This document shows positions 1-11,841 of a stretch of DNA of 64,000 nucleotides, one piece after another. The stretch comes from Basidiobolus meristosporus CBS 931.73 (taxonomy: Eukaryota; Fungi; Basidiobolomycota): assembly GCA_002104905.1 (NCBI GenBank), contig MCFE01000054.1, positions 1 through 64,000 on the forward strand, read 5' to 3'. The notes under the pieces are model-generated. The model did no database searches. It was not told where the DNA came from and saw nothing but the letters and a program-made list of their open reading frames with translations. Numbering within the stretch: position 1 is the stretch's first letter; every line of letters begins with the position of its first letter. The translations under genes and the position numbers were made by a program.

Positions 1-235
1 AGTCTTGGACATGGACTATAATGTTGCCAAAAATGATAGAACTAAGGCCTTGTATCGCCGTGGCTCAGCACTTGTTTCCCTTAAGCGCGAGGAGGAGGCT
101 GTCAAAGATCTCTCAGAGGCATTGGAGTTGAGCCCAGAAGATTCAGCCATCAAGCGTGAATTGGCGGTTGCTAAGCAACGGGCACAAGTCAAGCGTGAGA
201 AACAGAAGAAGGCATTCGCCAAAATGTTTGCATAA
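1..235 (+). CDS. CPR6: 3' end (TPR region) of a cyclophilin-40-like Hsp90 co-chaperone; 5' part lies outside the window
   Basis: TPR helix pair KALYRRGSALVSLKREEEAVKDLSEALELSPEDSAI; C-terminus KKAFAKMFA* matches the AxYAKMFA end of Cyp40/PPID. Stop TAA 233-235. Confidence 0.75.
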   Translation, partial: VLDMDYNVAKNDRTKALYRRGSALVSLKREEEAVKDLSEALELSPEDSAIKRELAVAKQRAQVKREKQKKAFAKMFA

Positions 236-2265
236 ATAGGATAACCTTTGGTAGCCTAAATTTTATGGTGTAATTTAGTAAATTTTACGTTGATAAAGTT
301 AATCAGCTCTGTGTTCCGGCAGATTCTTAAGTAATATGCAATTCAGAAGGAAAACCAGAAAAATGTTGCCTGCAAATCGATGTTTTGGCGCCCCGATTGT
401 AACACCAGCATAAGTAATAATCCTACATTGAACGCGCCCAGCTTTTAAGAAAAGCCAATATATCACTTGGTAGTGCAATTGTAAAAGAACCTATTTCCTG
501 TTATGCGATTGACAGGGGTTTTAATGGCCAGCCTTCTTCATGTCCTGCTTTATCAATCTCTACCCTTATTGAAAGTAAGGACAAATGAAATTGAACCTCA
601 ATGGTCAGTTTCGCACAATATCAAAATCCCGCAGATGATTGAGCTTTGGCAACCAAATGTCGGGGAGTTATGAGTTGACTCAGATGTAGCGTTGTAGCTT
701 GGCAGAATATCTCATTATAGGAACTTACTAAGCCTCAAGATATGAAGAACATTATACAGCAAGCTCGACCAATTGCCACCCTATATATTGTGTCGGCTTG
801 CTTGGGCCAATCGGGTTTGCAAGAATGCTTGGTGTCACAGAAGGTATTTCTCCCAAGGATTCGAACATCATCGAGGAATAATCAAGATCTTGTTTCGTAG
901 ATACTATGCACGTAATACAATCGCGTCATCTCCGCAGTTCTAAATAGAGTAAAGTACTTCAACGGCCAAAAGAAGCAGCCTTACCTTATTGAGCCGCCTA
1001 TTCATTAGCACCGTTATTTAGCCAGTTGCAACTTATGAATAAATGTTTAAACTCGCTCTATCTCGACTTGTTCATTGAGACCGGGCAATACGGCTTTTTC
1101 TCATTGCAAAGCCCGAGAACACAGGCCAATAATCTCGCTTACCAAGCAGCGAGGACACAGCATATCAAGCGGATCTTCAAAAGCCCGCCTCGAGGGTGCG
1201 CGTATTCTTGTGTCTGGCACGCGAGGTACACGGCCTAAGTTGGTGAGACACTCCGATTGAAATAGTATTAAGGATGGTGCATTGATAAGTGATAGTGGAT
1301 CAGAAATCTAGAATCTCCCACAGCAATAAGCAATTCCCGAAGTGGTTGTACAGGCTCCGTATACCCCACACTAGTGGATAGAGTGCTAATGAGGCGAATA
1401 GCGCCTTTATCTGATTCGGTTTTTCAGTACACTTCTCCGATATCTCAATCGTAGATGAGTCACCAGATCCACAGCAAGCAAGAGACGCATCATAGATAGG
1501 TTGAGGGTTTACATGGATAACTAGGAGTATGGTACAAGAATGGTGTTTCATTAGTGGTATATCTCATGATTCATAAGATTGCTCATCGGAGGTTTCGCGC
1601 CTGATTCCGGCGTAAACGTAGTTTGGGAACCACTTCTGGCCGCTTTGGTCATTGCGTCTGAGACGTGAATTTGCATCAATGCATTTGACAATAGACCGCC
1701 CGTGCTGCGGATTCAATTTAGGGGATGGGCAACTTGCCCTTTTCGTACCACACCTGTGACTTCAAGAATCCATTAAGTGCTAGATTTGGTTTTACTTCAT
1801 TCGATTGTAGACTTGTTGGATCAGCCAGTTGAATTACATTGGTACGGAATTATATAGCCAGTGGCATCGACAGAGGACCTGCGGGCGAGACAATGCTGTG
1901 GCTTGCAAGAGGTCCTACCGGAATTAGATCTTCTCCTGTGTAGACTGGTTATTTTTCGGTTGGTCCTTTGTGAATATTTCATTTATTTCCTCAAGACCAT
2001 ACACGCATCTGTTCCAAATGCTTGTCAGGGAAGCAGAAGACAATTTTTTCTATGAATCAAAAGTAATGTTTGGATGAAGGGAGAGGATGCTCATATTTTG
2101 ACTCATTAGTATAAAGAGGTGAAAAATCAAATTCGCCAATTCTGAAGTACAGTATGTACATGCTATAAACTGATGTAGTATAACGCAAAAAAGAGAGGGA
2201 GAAGCAATAGTGGCTGTTCAACAGCAGGTGTTAATAAATAATAACCCATGAAAGCAGTTAGTTTC

Positions 2266-3670
2266 TTAAGAATGTGGAATGTTTTGCTGCCGAAGGTAAT
2301 TATCGAACAAAAAGGAGAATCCAGTGTCCTCAAATTTGGTCAAAGAGCCTCGAGTGGGCTCAGGGCTGATATACAGATTCGTATCTCGGACAAAATTTGG
2401 CCGTTTGCCAGTCATTTGTACCTGCTCAATTCGCGAGTGTTGTGAGGCGAGATAAGGTGTTGGTAACTTGCCGTTTGAGCCTTGAGAGTCAACAATATCC
2501 ATGGGGTAGAAGTTGGTATCTCGTCGAAAATTAGGGCGAGGTTCGTTAAAGCCATAGTAAGGCAAAGGGGATGTGGACAGATGTGTAGAAGAATGTACTG
2601 GTTGACATTGATTATACGATGGTCTTGACGGAGATGAGAAAATCTCATCATCCAGGTCATGCTCAAAATCTGAATTATGGCCCGAGCTGGGTGATAGAGC
2701 TGAGTATCTATTTTCCACCTTGTCACCATTGCGGCATGCTTCTCCCGACCAAGAGCAAGTATCCTTTACTGCTGAGCTTGTGATTTTTCTCCTTTTGAGA
2801 TGCGAGTCTACCACCTCAGTGTCATCGTTCATCTCGGCATTTCTAATTCGATTAAGTAAGCATCTTGTATTTTGAGGATCTAATAATCACTTACCTTGGT
2901 CGATCTTTACGAATACGAATCCTAACCCCTTGATCTGAGAAAATTCTACTAAGGGCAGTGGACTCGGACATTCCGGGAAACAGCTTTGGCGAATATACGG
3001 TAAATACATCGGACACCACAGAGCAAATGTGAACGGCAGATTGACTAAATCGAATGAATGGGTAAGTTTCCAAACTCTGCAACTAGATGTTGGCCAGAAT
3101 ATTCAACGAACTTGACGATTTCATAGAGATTAAAGCGTAAACGAAATCTTCCTTCGAGTCTGACAGATATATCAGGAAATACAAAAAATCCGTTTTCTGA
3201 GAGGTGAATGGTCAGTAAGCGAACGATGTTGAGCACTTACATGCTTAACTTACCACTTTGGTCGATGTCTCTCAACTTGTATAAAGAGGATACTAAAGTT
3301 CCAGCAAGTCTGCGAGGTGGTAACTGTTCATAGCCACCGTCATGACCAGGGAGCAATGACACATATACCATGAAGTTTGGATTCTGTAGGTAGTCGTCAT
3401 CATAGGTTTCCCCACTGGTGCAAATTTGAACAATGGGCGGTGGATCTATTGGTCTACGGTCGACTTTCTCTTTAGAGCTGCACAACCGGGCCTGGCGCGG
3501 TTGTTGGCGCATCACAAGATGATAAGACCTAGTATGCAAGCTATGGTTAACGAGTGGTTTTGTATGATATGTGCAGTATTGCAGCTTTTCTTGTACCTAT
3601 TGGGACAGTAACCGAAATTCTCTGAGTTTTGAACAAACTTGAGGCTTTGAGTTGAGTGACCTTTCGTCAT
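2266..3670 (-). CDS. Velvet-domain transcription factor, VosA-like (copy A), 5 exons
   Basis: Exons 3670-3597, 3528-3254, 3196-3112, 3044-2895, 2842-2266; GT-AG introns of 68, 57, 67 and 52 nt join in frame. Velvet motifs [96 protein letters not shown]. Basic LKRRK follows the domain. Confidence 0.9.
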
Positions 3671-6600
3671 TTGGGGAATAGCAATAGGCTAGGGATTAAA
3701 CGGAAATCTTTAAACAAAGGTCACACTTGACCAAGAATACAGTATATAGGTGATAAAATGCAAACAGAAACGGGGTTACCAAGCCCTATTTATATTAATT
3801 TTCGGATCATAAACTGACACTAGGGTAGATTTCAATTGTATTCTAGCAATATGTAGTATTTAACGAATAGAAACGATAGGTGGTGGTCTCGCAACCCAAT
3901 GCTATGATGACAAATATGGGAAGTGCTTGCATTAGATATAGATGTGTGAAGACATGGCATCAGGTTTGGCCGGAGGTGATTTCATTTAGCTTTTCAAGAC
4001 AACCTGTATGAGCAAACCTCGTCATAGAGTAGGCTATCAGCTAGCGGGATCACATTTTGGACCACGAACTTAAGGTAAAAGAACTGAAGCCTCATTCCTT
4101 CACTAGCTTCCAATTTCCTGACAAGAGATGTCTGGAAATTCCCCAACCATTGAGCACTCCAAGCAATTGTAATGGATGAAACTTACCAAACCAACCGCCA
4201 TTCCAATATTATCCGCAACCATGGATGCAAATGACACCAACTTGTCAGTTCAAGTTCTTGCCTGTTCATATTAATCCGGCCATATGAAGATATATAGATG
4301 CTATGTTTCGATTAGGTCTGAAATCAAAGCTTTAAACATCTCCACAGCCCGAAATTACGACAAACCATCTTGTGACCTGAGGTTTCTCCTTAATCCAGCT
4401 GGAGCAGGAAAAAATCTCCGAACTAAAGGAGAATCCCACTAGTGACACGCCACCAAAATTTGGCTCTTGTACTTCATCACTAGAGGGATTAGTCATCTGG
4501 ATTCAGGTTTTTGAAAACAGCCCATCTACTGGAAAAAAACTTTCGCATTGATGAATAATCAAGTCCCAATACTAGATTAGACGGAGGTCGGAGAATTTCC
4601 AACTCCTTGTCACCCCAAATACCCAGAACGGACGGTTCAAGTGAACACCTGACAAATCATTTAAGCTTTGACCCAGATCGATTGCGGAAAATCGGGCAAA
4701 ATTCGTCGAGTTGGTGTTTCTGGTGATGTAAATACATACACTGGACTAGTTCCAAATGGCTCAGCTGTTGCCGGTATCGTGAGCAATGCTCACCTAAGCC
4801 TGAGACCAATAGCTACATTTCTGTTGTCGGAACGTAATACACGGGGATGTCACTTGAATAGTCATGCTCTTGACGAAATCTTACTCATCTTCAGTAAGCC
4901 AAAGTTGATCTTCAGATCAAGAGAGTTTTAAATACAGATCTTGCTCACCATTGCAATCATTGGATACGTCTATGGCATGCCCTATATATTGGCTGTCCTG
5001 ATTTAATTATTATACCCATTTTAGGGAAAAAATCTCAGTTCTGAATATATAAAAGCTGATGTAAATTGTTCAACCTTATCGCTCGAATGACTAGGCTTTT
5101 AGTGAGACCTTATTAGCCAAACACCACCGCCAATGCGCTTATGCACAAATTATCGAGCTCCGGTTGGCCTTGGTTTTGAAACCCGACGTGGTATTATTTG
5201 CTCGATCGAGGCACACATCAGTCGACAAGCGCCTCCATTGGCTCACTAACTTCTCATTGATGTAAACTCGGATGTTATAAAATCGGAGCCCAATGCATGT
5301 TTAACAGTGGCCCATTAATCAGATAGGTGTGTACATCGATGTCATTGAGCTAGAGTCTGTTATATAACGGATTATAAAGGACGCTGATGTAGTTCTTGTA
5401 TAAGACTCGCCACATATAACGCATGTATATATATCTATCACCAAAAAGTCTTGGCATGTATATTGAATCTAGTCATCGTGTGCATCGTAAAACTCTGAAC
5501 ATCCCCATCAACAACACTTGAGTTACAACCATGATCATGTTGGGATTTTTCGCGAAAAATATCAAACCAGGTGGAGGTATATATATACTAAAACCCAGGT
5601 CTGAGCACGACATCTCACGCTCCGTATGTAAGCCGTAACATTTCTATTTTCAAATATTCACAGGCTTTCCACTTGCACTAGAGTAATGTTTGTAATAAAA
5701 GTACACCAATAACCAAAGCAATCGTTGAACAATATCGAAATATACACCACTAAAGTAAGGCCGTTGATTCCCGATTAATGCTTATCAAACTCGAGTCACT
5801 GGTCGATAAATTTATCCTAGTTACACCGGTGCATTACTTATTGTCCCAAAGGCAATGGCAATTTGCTAGTAACACATGGACTTTCTGATAAATCAACACA
5901 CTCCATAATCTCTGAACGTGAATGAACTGCATACGCTGATCATGTGCCAGCCAAATGGAGAATGCTAGTAAACCCTAGCTGCTATATGACTGTGTGTATG
6001 ATTTTGGAATACTATATTACACCTGACCTAGCCGACTTTCATTACTAAGGATAGAAAGTGTACTGAATTTGATAATCAATCTAGATTATCAAGAAATACT
6101 TCGGTACAAATTGATTTATTATGCATGTTTCGATATGGTCCGGATGTTTTATGTAAGCAGATAGTCTCCTGGTATTGGTTATTTGTTATCTGGGCCGTTG
6201 GTCATAAAGCAAAATATCCTGCTCATGAGAAGATGGAACAGTCATCCAAGGGTTTACTTCCCTTTGGTTTTCCCATGTGGGAACTCTTTCAGCAACAAGA
6301 ATGGTTGGTGGATACTTGAGTTTCCCTTGATATAACTTGGCTATACTTTGCCGTGCGGTGGCCCATTTAGTGTACTAACGAACCAACCCTCTGTAACAAG
6401 AACTCAGATTGGAAAGTGATGGTCCAATTGAAGAAGCGTAGCTATTTGTTGTACAAGCCTCGGAATGAGGAATTGAAAGTCCTAAATTCTAGGCACCAAT
6501 CAAGCAGAAACAACAAAAATCACCCCTCCAATGGATCCCAGGACTTTGGTACTCCCCTCTTCACCTCAAATGAAAATGAAAATAGTCTACTTTATGGTTG

Positions 6601-7839
6601 GCATATAGCCTAGATGGATTCAAAACCAGTAGACAGCAGATACGGTAAAATATCAGTGAGAAAAGTCGTCTTGAAACTCGAGTAATACGTGAAGTGCAGT
6701 GTAAATATATATGTAATACAGTAGCATGGGTTCATGGACATCAGTTAGAACACACCAATACAGTATGCAATGGAGACCTCCGGGATTTCTTGAAATGTTT
6801 GATATCATTCCGATTGAATCAATATATAATGCTGTTTCTCACGCTTCTCCCTTTCTTGATTTCGCTTGATTTGTATATTTGTTGGGCTATGATGTGTTTT
6901 TTGTTCAGTCGATGGGGTTCAATTATACTATTTCTGAACCCGCAGGAAAACACGTATTTTCGGCTCATATCTATTGAATAGATGCTCTACACTCATTCCT
7001 TAATGTACCTGGGGCTCACCTTCACGTACAGGATTTGTTGGTGTAATCTTGACAGTTGATGGGTATTGTGGATGTTACCCGTCCACCCCATTTGAATGCC
7101 CCTGTAAATCCAAACACGGTACATGCTGTATAGAGAAGATAAATCTCTAAAATGGGTTTCGTGTTTTTCGTAATACCAATGTGGAATTCTTCTTAGTGGG
7201 ATCGGTTTTCATGAAAAAACTAGGCGGAGCATAGTTCATATTGCAGTTCTGCAAGAACGGAATGGGCTATAAGATCTCGTTGAGAGTAGAATCATCGGTA
7301 CTCGCTCCCAAAAAGCAGCTCTAACCACCAGTGCATTCAAGCTGTTATTTATAACAGGGAAAATGCGGTGATATCGATGATGGGGTAGGTATCCAATGGC
7401 AGGAACCAAGATAACCTCCGTTTACCAAAATAAGTTTACATGCCTATTGCGTCCGTGTCACGCCCAAACCCCTGAGAATCGGGTTTTCTGTCAGTCAACA
7501 GATCATTTACTTTTACCAATGATTCCCATGAATTGGAGTGATGATCCCCAAACTTGACTAGTAGGTGATGTGATGGTGGCTGATTTCCCATCCTTCGGAC
7601 ACTGGTTGTTTCAATTATTGGTAAATAATTGAGTTTGTGTTGATTTGATGCATCCTCAAGCTTGACCAATGATGGGAATTTTTACTCACGGCAAAAGGTC
7701 TTAGCATCGCAGCTGGTTTTTAAATACGCTAGAACAGTTGGCTACTTTTTAGAAATTGCATGGCTCCGGCATCATTTAAATTCAGCGTTGATTTGGGCTG
7801 TGATCCGTAGCTTTCTAGTTTCATTTCAAGGACCCTCCT

Positions 7840-9157
7840 ATGATTAATCCCGGTTGTATTCAACAGCCTCATTTCTTAAAGTCTTCACAATGCTTTCGCC
7901 CTGACGCTATACGGTGAGTGTTTTCAGTTGCTGACATCGTGATTTCGCTAGTCTAGATTTTCTTCTGCTTCTTTAGATCCGCACGCCTAATGGTTAGGCA
8001 GGAGCCTAAACATGCTCGCCTATGTAGCTCCAAGGAAAAAGTAGATAGGCGCCCTATTGATCCACCGCCAATTGTGCAAATAGAACCTGTGGATGGTGAT
8101 GAGTAGGAAGCTTCTAGAAATACTCCATCTCAACAACTGTTGATATTAAGGAACGGATTTTTAGAGATTTTTTCCAAAATCCAAATGTCCTATTATTTGT
8201 TAGTTTGATATTGCCAGACACAAACCAACCAAAGCCTTTGCATCCGAAATGTTTAACCGGAACAACGGTCTCCTCATTGTTCAAACTGAAAGATACAAAC
8301 AACTCTGGTATTTACATACTCTTCTCAGAGTCGTTAGGCCATTCTGATGAGCAGTCTCATATTATTTAGAGGGTGGTTTCTTTGTTTTTCCCGACATCTC
8401 CGTCCGCTTAGAAGGGTATTTTCGGCTTCGCTTTAGTCTTTATGAGATAGATGGGTTGGCTTAGGTGTATGGTATCATGGTCTGTGAGCTTTACTAAGGC
8501 GAATTTTCTCCCTTTCAAGTTCCAGTGTCAGCTATGCTTCGAGTACTGTATCTGATGTTTTTACGGTGTACCCACCCAAGCAATTTCCAGGGATGTCTGA
8601 ATCTACTTTGCTATCCCGGTATTTTGCCGAGCAGGGAGTACGAATAAGAATACGAAAAGAGAACAGAATTCGGACATCCTCGTAAATACATCAATATCTG
8701 TTTAGGATATACAGTATACTAAGTGGTAAATTGTAGGGATAGCAACACTACCACTCGATTCAAAAGAAGACCAGATTCTGAATCAACTCTGTGTCTTTCA
8801 CATGAAACTGTACACGCACAACACCCATACACTTCTGCAGAGACATTCACCGCTTCTATTACTCAGCATCATGTTGAAGTAAAGGCCCTATCACTTAACC
8901 AAGCAGGCATAAAAGTCGAACGCCCCCAAAACAAAGACTCAGGAACTGAGGTGGCCAAGCCAATGGTTGTGAATACTACAACTGAGTTTAACCCGTGCTT
9001 TCCGCATGATAGCAACTTTTATCCAACTCTGAATGCAACCGCAGCTCCGCCTAGGCAGGTTGGGGATGGGTTCTCCAAGCTGTTTGATATGTACCTACAA
9101 CAGTTGAATATACCATGCTCCAAACCAACTCAGCATATGCGTCCACCGGAATATTGA
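7840..9157 (+). CDS. Velvet-domain transcription factor, VosA-like (copy B), 6 exons
   Basis: Exons 7840-7913, 7977-8102, 8165-8307, 8370-8454, 8520-8681, 8737-9157; introns of 55-65 nt join in frame. Motifs [97 protein letters not shown]. Only the last exon appears in the ORF track. Confidence 0.9.
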
Positions 9158-10232
9158 GAACCTAGACTTCGAGGAAACGCTAAGTCTTTAGCACCCATGC
9201 TCCATGATCCTTTACTACATGCATCAGCTGTCCCTACACCGCCATATAGGAAAGTCATCATCAGCCAACATGTATTTTTGGATTCTAAACAAGCGTAGAC
9301 ATTTTTCAACGCTTATCTTGCTTACCTGACACATATATATGGTATGAAATTTTAAAGCGCTGATGACTATATTGTCGTTCGTCAATGATATCAATACATA
9401 AACGATAAATACTCTCGCCCAATATATAATGTTGATTGAGACGCTGGTCGTGTTATGTAAAGAATTGATGGATGTCATGCATTTGCTCAAGAACATAATG
9501 AACTATTTTGTGCCTGCTATTCAATACTTTCAAATGAGGTTCTTATTCAGGAGTGGAATGGTCAAGATATCCGACAAATAATAACCACATTTCATGTTGC
9601 AAATATGGTATTATGATATCAATTTAAATGGTCATAACCGCCCGGAAACTTACCTATAATAGTATATTGAGTTAGGCCTGAATGTTGACGCATCACGCAG
9701 CAGTTCCCTTGAAATTTTACCAGCAATGAGCCAGCAGCCCAACCTGGCAACTACAGCAAACTGGCATGCACAACAGTATACGGGTGTCTCTATCAAGTTG
9801 ATAAACATATATTTTCATGAGAAAATGTGTATGTCTTTTATGATTACTGGGCAAATATTGGAGAGTAGGTTTGAAGACTAGACCCTTATCATCAACAAAT
9901 CACTACGTAATGACAGTTTTGAAGGATGCTACTGTTTATCTCCATTCGATTGGCTGTAGCTATTCCTAGTATTAGGCTCATATAAACCTCTGGGTGATAT
10001 CTGACATTACGTAAACATACATAATTTCAACACCTGGCGGCATTACTACCTGATTGTTTGATCAACCTCAAAACAGGAAACGTCGCATGACCTGAAACCT
10101 TACCTCATTCGGCCAAAAAGGGGCACCTTTGAAGTAGGTCGACGTCATCACAATCCATGAGCTTAGGGTGCGATCGCGACTATAAAAGCAAAAAATTGCT
10201 TGAAAGCGGTGCACCATAGGAATATCTTTATT

Positions 10233-10739
10233 ATGACTATTCAGCAAGGAGACCGAATCCCATACAGTGAGCACTTCACAATTTTACCTGATGAAGGATA
10301 CGACATCCACAACCTTGACGCGGAGTTTTTGTTCAAGGGAAAGAAAGTCATTCTCTTTGGCCTCCCTGGTGCATTTACAACTATATGTAGCAACAAACAC
10401 CTACCCGAGTATGCTACCCTTTATGATACATTTAAAAGCAAGGGAATTGATGCTATCTACTGTACTGCCGTGAATGATCCTTTTGTGATGCGTGCATGGT
10501 CACAGAACTATGACATCGAGAACAAGGTGGTAGTCATCTCAGATGGCGACGGCAGTTTCCATAAGAAGATAGGGCTGACCCAGACAATACCCGCGCTCGG
10601 CGAGCGATCATTACGTTACAGCATGTACGTTGATGATGGAGTGGTTCGTGTATTAAATATTGAGGAACCTGGACCATCAAGCTATAAGATATCGGGGCCT
10701 AATCACATGCTCAAGGATTTGGAGCAGCTGGGTATTTAA
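10233..10739 (+). CDS. Type II (Prx5/Ahp1/Pmp20-like) peroxiredoxin, intronless
   Basis: ATG at 10233 (MTIQQGDRIP); peroxidatic motif FGLPGAFTTICS (PxxxTxxC); AVNDPFVMRAW; DGDGSF; RSLRYSMYVDDGVV. Confidence 0.9.
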   Translation: MTIQQGDRIPYSEHFTILPDEGYDIHNLDAEFLFKGKKVILFGLPGAFTTICSNKHLPEYATLYDTFKSKGIDAIYCTAVNDPFVMRAWSQNYDIENKVVVISDGDGSFHKKIGLTQTIPALGERSLRYSMYVDDGVVRVLNIEEPGPSSYKISGPNHMLKDLEQLGI

Positions 10740-10887
10740 TGCCGAGCGGCTGTTTTCTAAACCCTGCCCTAGTAGGGCGTATCTGTAAAGTAGCATGACT
10801 AGAATACTTTATTCATGATTATAAATATATGTGCAAATGTGCAATAAATGAATGATACAAAAGCTTCACTAAAATTAGTAAACGAGT

Positions 10888-11841
10888 CTAATCTTTGAAC
10901 ATTTCTCCCAACTCCTGTGATCTAGTGTTAGCGGCCAAAACTCCCTTTTCTATCCATTCTCTGACTTCGCCGCGCTGCATGGTTGTGATGGCTGCTTCGG
11001 TAGTACCATTTGGTGATGTAACCCTACGACGAAGTTCGGCAAATTCTTCACCACTTTTTTCCGCCATCTTCGCAGCGCCAAGGCAGGTTTGAACTGCCAA
11101 AGCACTAGCAATTTCCTTAGGGAGACCAGCCTTTACACCGGCATTCTCTGTATTTCAAAAAAAAAAAAAAAGAATTAAAATCCGACCAGATCAAGCCACT
11201 AAACAGGACTTACCCATAGCCTCGAGCATCAGGAAGAAATAGGCTGGACCAGAACCACTGACCGCCGTGACTGCGTCCAGTAGCTGTTCGTCTTCAAGCC
11301 ACTGAGTTTTAGAAATAGAACATAGTATTTCGTTGGCAACCTCTTTGTGCTCTTCAGTAGCATAACGATTAGCGTAAAGCCCAGTGGCTCCACAAAGTAC
11401 AAGGGCAGGAGTATTGGGCATGCACCTGACTACTGGAATCTCTGCACCTGGAATTGCCTCACCGTTGTCGTCTGTGGATAGCCAGCGGGCTAATTCTGTA
11501 GTGCGGATACCGGCGGCAATTGTTATAACTAGAGGCTTCGCCTCAATTAATGCTGAGCTCAAGCTGAGAGCAACTTGCTTCATCACCTGTGGTTTGACAG
11601 CAAACACAACGACCTGCGCTTTTGAACGGTTGTTTCCTTCATAGCCTGTGATGGCTGAAGTGTTATCTGGGGCCAGATTGATTCCAAAGGTGTCATGCAT
11701 GTATTGTGCACGAGCTGTTACGATCTCAGACAATGTGATATTTGCGCGGTCAAAGCCGTTTTCGATCAAACCACCTATGATGGCTTCGGCCATATTACCG
11801 CCACCGATGAAGGTGATGTGTTGGGCTCCAGTACGAGTCAT
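10888..11841 (-). CDS. PRO3: Pyrroline-5-carboxylate reductase, 2 exons
   Basis: Rossmann ITFIGGGNMAEAI, VFAVKPQ, VRCMPNTP, AVSGSGPAY, VTSPNGTT. Exons 11841-11214 and 11147-10888; 66-nt intron GTAAGT...TACAG gives in-frame EAM/ENAGV. Confidence 0.95.

Noticed and set aside
11157-11171. 15-nt poly(A) run
   Set aside because: It is the polypyrimidine tract of the PRO3 intron on the minus strand, not a retroposed tail.
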